Shown one piece after another: positions 57,083 to 64,000 of a stretch of 64,000 nucleotides of DNA; position 1 is the stretch's first letter, and each line of letters starts with the position of its first letter. This stretch comes from a virus, in the IMG/VR virus record IMGVR_UViG_3300043411_000704, positions 16,257-80,256 of that record, one strand, 5' to 3'. The position numbers and the translations under genes are program-made. Below the pieces are notes generated by a model. It saw nothing but the letters and a program-made list of their open reading frames with translations. It searched no databases and was not told where the DNA came from.

Positions 57083-59287
57083 TTAGCGTCTAAGCCTGTC
57101 CAGTGCCTTTGCACGGAAGTCTGCACCAGGATTTCTATTGCTCTGTTGTGTCCCACCAGAAGCCGCACCTGCGGTCGCAACAACCGCATTAGTCACATTG
57201 TTAGACCCCATTAATGTTGCTTCAGCAAGTATCGTAAATCCGTGGCTTAAAATCTGAATTTCTTCATCCATTTTCTCAATCATTTTCTTTAGTGCTAAAT
57301 CAAATGGTCCACCATTTTTAGCCATTAGAATTTGATCTTTAGAATGTGGTTGGACAACAACCGCATCCTTGGTCGCAGGAAATTTATCAGAAATACCTAG
57401 TTTATCTGCAAACCAATCACCAATTTCAGTTCCATGTGATGTTAGTTTCGATGATGCGGATTCAAAAATATTTTTTAAATTGTCTAGTATAGATTTAAAA
57501 AACCCGCCTGCATATGATACTAAATTTTCTACAAATTTATCAGGATTAAGCATCTGTTTGTTCGCATCTGGTATGGCAGAGGATGTTTTCCCACCATCCA
57601 GAGTATCAATCAATCCGAGTAATCCACCTAGATACGGTAATGGGGTAAACCATCCAATGGCATTCATCAAAGATTTTAGTCCACCACTGATATCACCGTC
57701 CATAAACTGTTTACCCGCATCATACATTCTCATTAGACCGCCAATAACAGGCACCTTTTTCAAATTTTCAGCCGATAATTTGGTGCCCAACCATTTTGTT
57801 AGTGGACTGAAGAAATCGCTTATCATTTGTCCTTTAGTTTGACCACCTTTTTGTTTGTAATCTAGGAATGCATTGAATACGTCTAGACCAACAGATATAG
57901 CAGTTCCAATACCAGGAAATAGCGTTGCTATTCCAGATGCAATATCTAGAACCCCACCAAATACATCATTCTTCTTAAATCTATCATGTGCAGAATAAAA
58001 GGATATTATAGTTCCTATAAGAGGAACGAATTTAATAACCTTTAATAATTTTGCACCAAATTTCAATCCAGATCCGGTTAAAATTTTAAGGAAATTCGTA
58101 GGTTTAAATTTTTGTAAAATTTTGGACCCCGCCATTCCTTTTAACAAGGATTCGCCTGATTTTTCAAAAAAATTGGCCATCAATTTTGGTATATAACCAA
58201 GTAGATTATCAAGACCGCCCATGACCTTACCGAATATTTTTCCAGTCAGTTTATTACCAATTCCTAATATCAGAGATGTTATACTTTTGAAAATACCTTT
58301 GGTCAATATTGTTGCAATACCTGATCCTTCGTCACCCAGACGTTCTTTCAGACCAAAAAAGGAAAAAGTGGTTTTGAAAAATTTGGTAATAACATTGAAT
58401 GTCCCGCTAATTGCATCATCCATCAATTGTGTGATTGATTTTTTATGTGTAATCAGAAAATTAGTGGTGCCTGTAATCAGATAATCAAATATTTTGCTAA
58501 AAGTGTGACCTATTAATCGAAAGACTCTCTGTATTTTACCGGACTCTAATAATTCACCTGCCCAACCACTTATGGCACTGCCTATTTTTCTGATCGTCTG
58601 TTTAATAGTCTTACCTAATTCAGTTTTCTCAATCAAATATGATATACCCGCAAGACCCGCAAACATAGTCAATCCGCTGGTAATAAAGCCTAATATACTC
58701 GAAAGAACACCCCCTTTTTCTTTATCATTGTTCTCTATTACTACATTTGTCAAACCTTTTTTAATTGTTTCCAACAAACTTTTATCCATGGTCTTGACAT
58801 TAACATCCATAGAATGGATTCGGTGTGAATGACCAGATACGTCAGGTTTTGATAAAACCGATTCGGATGAAAATCTTTTTTGAAAATGTTGAAAGAACGT
58901 ATCATATACTGAGTCTTTTATATGCACCAGATTTACATCTATTGCATGAACTCTATATTCACCACCTTCCTCTTTTTTATGTCGTGTAAAGGTTGATGAA
59001 AAATTGGACTGTAATTTGGTAAAGAATGCATTAAGTGAATTTAATGTATTTTTACCAGAAAATGCATACTCTATATTTTTAGAGATCTTTTCTATCTTCG
59101 ATGAAAATTTATCAATATTTTGAGTCAGTTTTTTAACAACTCCATCCTTTACATTGAATGGTGATTCATCACTTTCGAAAAAGTCACCCATCTTTTTTGC
59201 CAAATATTTTGTGCCCTTACCATTGCTTTTCATATATGCATCAATAGCAGTAAGTAACTCACTCATGGTATTCGTATTATTTGGCAC
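57083..59287 (-). CDS. Tape measure protein (gp29-like)
   Basis: 734 aa; Gly/Ala-rich amphipathic helices; KFVPLIG...FPGIGTAISVGLD. Confidence 0.75.
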   Translation of the reverse strand: MPNNTNTMSELLTAIDAYMKSNGKGTKYLAKKMGDFFESDESPFNVKDGVVKKLTQNIDKFSSKIEKISKNIEYAFSGKNTLNSLNAFFTKLQSNFSSTFTRHKKEEGGEYRVHAIDVNLVHIKDSVYDTFFQHFQKRFSSESVLSKPDVSGHSHRIHSMDVNVKTMDKSLLETIKKGLTNVVIENNDKEKGGVLSSILGFITSGLTMFAGLAGISYLIEKTELGKTIKQTIRKIGSAISGWAGELLESGKIQRVFRLIGHTFSKIFDYLITGTTNFLITHKKSITQLMDDAISGTFNVITKFFKTTFSFFGLKERLGDEGSGIATILTKGIFKSITSLILGIGNKLTGKIFGKVMGGLDNLLGYIPKLMANFFEKSGESLLKGMAGSKILQKFKPTNFLKILTGSGLKFGAKLLKVIKFVPLIGTIISFYSAHDRFKKNDVFGGVLDIASGIATLFPGIGTAISVGLDVFNAFLDYKQKGGQTKGQMISDFFSPLTKWLGTKLSAENLKKVPVIGGLMRMYDAGKQFMDGDISGGLKSLMNAIGWFTPLPYLGGLLGLIDTLDGGKTSSAIPDANKQMLNPDKFVENLVSYAGGFFKSILDNLKNIFESASSKLTSHGTEIGDWFADKLGISDKFPATKDAVVVQPHSKDQILMAKNGGPFDLALKKMIEKMDEEIQILSHGFTILAEATLMGSNNVTNAVVATAGAASGGTQQSNRNPGADFRAKALDRLRR

Positions 59288-59293
59288 AAAACA

Positions 59294-59310
59294 TATTTAA
59301 TTGTTAAATA
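59294..59310. promoter_or_regulatory. Back-to-back divergent late promoters
   Basis: TAAATA on the minus strand (59294-59299) and plus strand (59305-59310), each 6 nt from its start codon. Confidence 0.85.
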
Positions 59311-59316
59311 AGTTTC

Positions 59317-59823
59317 ATGACAAATCTTGAACTGTTATATGAATCCCGATTTACCACTATTCGTCCATCTTTAATAAATTCGATATTGAATGCTGAAAAA
59401 AATAAAAATTATTCTGTGATCGAAGGTTATGTGAAGGCACTAAATGAACATGAAAAACAACATTTGGTGGAAGAAGGATTTTTGGATAGAATGCAAGAAG
59501 TTATAGAAGAGGCCCCACAATTTTGGGGTGGTCTTAAAAATGCATTTTCGGGAATTAAACAAAATTATCAGGCTGGTAAACAACAGCAGGCCCAGAAAAA
59601 TTTGATTAATCAAATTAATCAATATATGCAAAATGGACAGAAATTGTTTAATCAATTACCAACGGTTTTCCCTAATGATGTGCAAATGCAACAATTAGTG
59701 AAGGATATTGGTCAATGGGTTACGAATCTAAATGCCCATGCTATGCCACAACAACCAGTGGCTCCATCGACTACACAACAGCAATCAACCCCACCACCGA
59801 TACCAACCACACAGACACCTTAA
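59317..59823 (+). CDS. Putative virion internal protein, Gln/Pro-rich
   Basis: Begins MTNLELLYES; LVEEGFLD is a possible protease site; late promoter. Confidence 0.7.
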   Translation: MTNLELLYESRFTTIRPSLINSILNAEKNKNYSVIEGYVKALNEHEKQHLVEEGFLDRMQEVIEEAPQFWGGLKNAFSGIKQNYQAGKQQQAQKNLINQINQYMQNGQKLFNQLPTVFPNDVQMQQLVKDIGQWVTNLNAHAMPQQPVAPSTTQQQSTPPPIPTTQTP

Positions 59824-60641
59824 TTTAGAAACAAAACGGGTGATAGTTCTACTTCACCTGTGTATTCTATATCATTAATCGTAACTTTAATTTGATTGAT
59901 TTTTGTGAGTTGTTTGCCGAACACAGTATCTATTTTGGTAGTAATTTGGTTGAATACTGATGCCGGTAGTGCTTCAGTTATAGCAAGTCTATCAGCGATT
60001 TTTTTATCAACTAAATCTATTATTTGATCCCCTATTTTAACTTGCTTAACATATTGGGCCACCGCATTAATGAACATTGGTGCAAATAATGATTTGATAG
60101 AGTCCACGTTTTTCTGATCAAGTCCTTGAATACGAGTTTTATATAAATTGTTTTCAAATTGATATTCTTCTTCTATCGAAGGATAGTTCAGCACCACTTT
60201 GTATTGTTCGTTACCAACCTCAACATCAGTAAATGACAATTTCATTTTTTTAATTTTGTTCAGCAATGCCGGTATTTCAACCGTGGTCGTGGTATCTCCT
60301 TTTTCAGACCTTACATGCACAACTAATTCCGAACTAATATTTTTTGATCGTAGTTCTAATAGTAAAACTACTTTATCCAAGATATTTAGATATGCTAATG
60401 ATATACTTGGGTCTTTGATTTCGTTCAAGACATTATACATCATCAGTGTGAAATGATTTGGGGAAAACACACCTTCTAGTGCAGATTTTGCAATATTTTT
60501 GGTATGAGTCGCATTAAGAGACTTAATATGTATTTCTTTGCCAAGTGATGGAATATAAACATCTTGCTCTAATTTCTTATTAGTGTCCGCAATAAGAGAA
60601 AGAATATCTTTTACTTCCATAGGTTTTTCATTTTCAGCCAT
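59820..60641 (-). CDS. Baseplate hub assembly protein (gp26-like)
   Basis: VYIPSLGKEIHIKSL, LNILDK..LLLELRSKNIS and VVLNYPS motifs. Confidence 0.7.
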   Translation of the reverse strand: MAENEKPMEVKDILSLIADTNKKLEQDVYIPSLGKEIHIKSLNATHTKNIAKSALEGVFSPNHFTLMMYNVLNEIKDPSISLAYLNILDKVVLLLELRSKNISSELVVHVRSEKGDTTTTVEIPALLNKIKKMKLSFTDVEVGNEQYKVVLNYPSIEEEYQFENNLYKTRIQGLDQKNVDSIKSLFAPMFINAVAQYVKQVKIGDQIIDLVDKKIADRLAITEALPASVFNQITTKIDTVFGKQLTKINQIKVTINDIEYTGEVELSPVLFLN

Positions 60642-60672
60642 TTTCAATTATTTAGATGCGATATTATTTGTA

Positions 60673-61626
60673 TCAACTAAATTCTGACGGACTTTCAAAC
60701 ATATCCGTTTGTTTAGGTTCAGATTTTTCAGCAGATGTATTGACTTGTTTTAGGTAATCCATCATTATATTGGATTCCATAGGAGAAATACGCATGATGA
60801 ATTCTGGGTTTATTGCAACAGGTTGAGATGATAGATTGAATATATTCATCAATAACGAGTTAATAGAATTATCTTTAAACAATATTTTTATCAAATCCGA
60901 TATGGTTGTGATTTCGAATTTTAGATCAAATTTCTGTTTACATGAATGGACTGGACAACATGTGTTTAGGAAACTGAGGTCGGACAATGATTGATGAATC
61001 GGATTGAGGAAATCGTTTTTGATATTGTTAATCAATCCTGCGGGTAGTTGTCGAAAAATAAGTTTCCGATCAGACATCTTGAGATCATCAAAAGAAATTA
61101 GATTATCATTGATCATCAATTTTCTTATATGCGATAGAATATAATTATCATATAAGTTATCAAAATCTTTTTTGTTCTCATTATTCAATAATCCGTGTTC
61201 AAATAATTTATATTCGGTGTTAACCGATGGGATATCCATGATGCAAACAAATGTTTCGAACGAGATTCTGGTTGAGAACGACCGATCTATATCAGGACCC
61301 ACATTGGTGATCAATTGATTTAAATCCAAATTTATGTCAAATGGAATACCACATTTATCACAAACCCTACTCAATGATATGGATGGGGAACAACTATATA
61401 ATTTAAGATAAATGCAGATAATAAACCTGTCAATGGTTGTCAACGTGTTGTAATCATAATCCGATACCAAATTATCTTTTAATATCTGATTTAAATGATA
61501 GAAGAACTCAATCTCAGTCTCATCATCAATGACCTTTAATAAACATCTGTATTGGTCATTGGTTAGTTCTTGAAATCTCAGGTAATTCCTTATAGATGGA
61601 ATCCATATTAGATAAGAATTTTTCAT
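60673..61626 (-). CDS. Baseplate hub assembly protein (gp26-like, possible gp51-like C-terminus)
   Basis: IWIPSI, LTTIDRF, CDKC, CPVHSC; C-terminal FIMRISPME. Confidence 0.65.
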   Translation of the reverse strand: MKNSYLIWIPSIRNYLRFQELTNDQYRCLLKVIDDETEIEFFYHLNQILKDNLVSDYDYNTLTTIDRFIICIYLKLYSCSPSISLSRVCDKCGIPFDINLDLNQLITNVGPDIDRSFSTRISFETFVCIMDIPSVNTEYKLFEHGLLNNENKKDFDNLYDNYILSHIRKLMINDNLISFDDLKMSDRKLIFRQLPAGLINNIKNDFLNPIHQSLSDLSFLNTCCPVHSCKQKFDLKFEITTISDLIKILFKDNSINSLLMNIFNLSSQPVAINPEFIMRISPMESNIMMDYLKQVNTSAEKSEPKQTDMFESPSEFS

Positions 61627-61638
61627 AACGGATACTTA

Positions 61639-62523
61639 TTATGCTAAATTTCTGGTATCTTGATTGATAAATTCTTTATTGGGAGTGGTAGAAAATGTTT
61701 GGGACGACGCCCGCAGATTATTCTGAACTGGCACCGCTCTTTCAACTGTTTGTCCTACAAAGCCTGTTTCATTTCCACACTCGGATTGTTGATCTTGATT
61801 TATTTGATATGATTCATATACAAATTGTGCTTGCCGTTTACCATAGTCTGATGTATCATATACAAGTTGTTCAGGTGATATAAAAGTAGGGGCCGCATTT
61901 TTAAATATCCATGCTTTTCGTATATAATTAGGAACGGTTTCTCCTTGACGTGCTAGTTGATATACATAGATATTGGCTTTAATCGACTGGTTTAGAGGTT
62001 TTGCTAACAATCCTTCGTGTGCAACCAGAATAGACCACGGCCTTAGCACACCATCCACAAATGATTGATGTGTTTCTAAAAATCCGACTTCCAGCGGCTC
62101 AAAATCTGACCTACCATTTATAATTGGTCCATTAATGAACCCTCTTCTTGATCCCTCGGTGATACCCGCACGTTCAACATTTATGGTTTCTCCAGGTAAA
62201 GAAACTCCCTGTGCAAATATACAGCCGACAGTGTTCTGTGTCTGTTCATTCCAGGTATCATAAATTATGTTTTGAGTTCCCCATCTAGGATCTTCCAGTT
62301 TTTGCATAGAAGTTGATAATCTATTGAGTAGATAATCTTTATCATGTGCATCAATGACCAACACCCACATATACTGTAGTGCAGGATTATATGCCCATCT
62401 ACACATCATCTGGTGAACGAACGGAATTTGCGAATGAGTCACATCAGGCACACAATTTACTCTTGGAGTATCCAAAAATAAAGGTTGTCTGATTATACCA
62501 CAATTAGTAAAGATTTCGGTCAC
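61639..62523 (-). CDS. Tail tube-like / tube initiator protein (gp54/gp19-like)
   Basis: AQGVSLPGE, LEVGFLET, RPW and WIFKNAAPT...FVYESY motifs. Confidence 0.7.
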   Translation of the reverse strand: MTEIFTNCGIIRQPLFLDTPRVNCVPDVTHSQIPFVHQMMCRWAYNPALQYMWVLVIDAHDKDYLLNRLSTSMQKLEDPRWGTQNIIYDTWNEQTQNTVGCIFAQGVSLPGETINVERAGITEGSRRGFINGPIINGRSDFEPLEVGFLETHQSFVDGVLRPWSILVAHEGLLAKPLNQSIKANIYVYQLARQGETVPNYIRKAWIFKNAAPTFISPEQLVYDTSDYGKRQAQFVYESYQINQDQQSECGNETGFVGQTVERAVPVQNNLRASSQTFSTTPNKEFINQDTRNLA

Positions 62524-62532
62524 GGTAATTAT

Positions 62533-62982
62533 TTAACCGTTCTTTTTCCTAAAATGATCAACAAAAGGTTTTTTAGTTAAATCATATTCCTTTTGATATT
62601 TTGGTCCAATTTTATATAAACCATTTGGATGCACAACTTTTATTTCCATATCACCTTGTTTAGAGTTGACAGATGCCCCAATTTCTTTGGGGTTCGTCCC
62701 ATCTATTTTAATATGACCTGATACACCATTGGCAATCCCAATTTCGTTTGGATCTTTTTTTGATATATTTCTACCTCGTATTTTAGAAACACCGTTACCC
62801 ACATATTGCTGATTACCTAATTTAGTTCGTTGTGATGCAGTTTTATTATTATGACTACGCATATTACGAACAACACTAGATAACCCTGCTTTTCCAGGTT
62901 CCCAATAACGAGATTTATGTTCCTTTCTTTTGGTAGAAGGAGTTAATAGTTCTGTTATTAGACGATCAAACTTTGGAGTCAC
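62533..62982 (-). CDS. Basic putative internal protein (KFDxL signal)
   Basis: Begins MTPKFDRLITELL; Lys/Arg-rich; TAAATA 6 nt before the GTG. Confidence 0.75.
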   Translation of the reverse strand: MTPKFDRLITELLTPSTKRKEHKSRYWEPGKAGLSSVVRNMRSHNNKTASQRTKLGNQQYVGNGVSKIRGRNISKKDPNEIGIANGVSGHIKIDGTNPKEIGASVNSKQGDMEIKVVHPNGLYKIGPKYQKEYDLTKKPFVDHFRKKNG

Positions 62983-63346
62983 TATCCTTATTTAGTTGCG
63001 TTATAATAATGTTGTCCGGAATTTCGCCCATATACAATGGTATAATTTCAGGATCAACCTCTATTACCGAATAATATTTTAACAATATGTTTAATATATC
63101 ATATCCACCATGTATCCAATGCGCAACAGTATCAAATTTTTGTATGATTAAGCCTTCTTTGGTAATAATTCCAGTAATGCAATGTATAACGGTTTTATCT
63201 AGTATAAGAAAATGTGCATCATTATGAATAATTAGGCACAAATCGGGGGTATGCAAATCTGATAATTGATCAGCATTATATGACGCGAATTGTGAAATAT
63301 TAGGCTTTAGGTGGATAGATTTTGATTCTATGAGATAGTGTTGCAT
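62966..63346 (-). CDS. Hypothetical protein
   Basis: 126-aa ORF overlapping both neighbours. Confidence 0.5.
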   Translation of the reverse strand: MQHYLIESKSIHLKPNISQFASYNADQLSDLHTPDLCLIIHNDAHFLILDKTVIHCITGIITKEGLIIQKFDTVAHWIHGGYDILNILLKYYSVIEVDPEIIPLYMGEIPDNIIITQLNKDSDSKV

Positions 63347-63836
63347 AGTTGTTCAATTTGTTAATGTCTATTAATGGAATATCATTGTCCATTCCATGTT
63401 CTTTGTGAACAAAGAATGTATATCCTTCACTGATAAAAATATTAAAGTTCTTTTTCAAGAAGGTAATAGCATCAGTAGATGCAATCATACCTGTTTTTAT
63501 GTATGTGAATCTTGATAATATCCATTTAAGAATACGATACATGAGAGAGAAATTAAATCTGCCTTTTTTAGTATAAATCATTTTAGTTTCTATCCCACCA
63601 TCAGATAATATAAAACCCTCATAAAAGGCGACGGCTTCATCCGCGATAAAGAAGTAATAGTTCCCATTGGTTTCTGATTTTATAATGAAACGGAAACCAT
63701 TTAGATCAAAATTATCCACTATTGGATCATTTACATGATTTTGTGCATTACCCAACCAACGGTCTTCGTTGTTAGGCGTTCTGTCTGACACTGAGCGCAT
63801 TAGCATTTCATAAAGCGCATCGAATTTGGGAAGCAT
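63300..63836 (-). CDS. Hypothetical protein with KFDxL signal, related to 8930-9487
   Basis: Start MLPKFDALYEML, 5 nt after TAAATA (63842-63847). Confidence 0.7.
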   Translation of the reverse strand: MLPKFDALYEMLMRSVSDRTPNNEDRWLGNAQNHVNDPIVDNFDLNGFRFIIKSETNGNYYFFIADEAVAFYEGFILSDGGIETKMIYTKKGRFNFSLMYRILKWILSRFTYIKTGMIASTDAITFLKKNFNIFISEGYTFFVHKEHGMDNDIPLIDINKLNNYATLSHRIKIYPPKA

Positions 63837-64000
63837 ATTGATATTTAATATACAAAACGTCATTTTCACTTGTAATACAACACCCTTGTGTTAGCTTTAT
63901 CCGTGGAGATACCGGCATCATATACGATTTCTAAATTTAGGCAGTATTGTGGAAAAACTGTTCAGACTTCAAAATATCTGAACGGTTCATGTCCTATTTG

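Noticed and set aside
1-64000. Stop-codon recoding, tRNA or rRNA genes
   Set aside because: Core genes are intact with all three stop codons in normal use. No cloverleaf or rRNA-like segment was seen by eye; tRNAscan was not run.

Overview
AT-rich, gene-dense 64 kb segment of a large T4-related (Tevenvirinae/Kyanoviridae-like) myophage genome. ORFs are intact under the standard code. From left to right it carries: a glycosyltransferase/methyltransferase cluster (1-7059); the recombination and late-transcription module (gp47, gp55, UvsW, UvsY); accessory genes (Hsp20, ABC ATPase, Dda, RNase H, phosphoesterase, MBL hydrolase, 2OG-Fe(II) oxygenase, glycosyltransferase); the replication module (gp43, UvsX, gp41, gp32, probable gp45); a GH46-like lytic enzyme; and the baseplate/tape-measure block. 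The strongest unexplained signals are: (1) a self-contained unit made of a perfect sigma70 promoter, a 318-aa coiled-coil gene, a ~210-nt pseudoknotted repeat-bearing non-coding RNA and a terminator (19451-20747); (2) a second structured ncRNA candidate behind a late promoter (25284-25500); (3) about 20 late promoters (TAAATA) placed 5-7 nt before start codons, implying leaderless translation; (4) a dispersed protein family sharing an N-terminal M-T-x-K-F-D-x-L...E signal resembling a capsid-targeting sequence, including an ORF missed by the track; (5) a gp55 late sigma factor with a ~140-aa insertion; (6) a split, expanded gp5. I saw no tRNA, rRNA or CRISPR array. All product calls come from motif recognition by eye; no database search was run.
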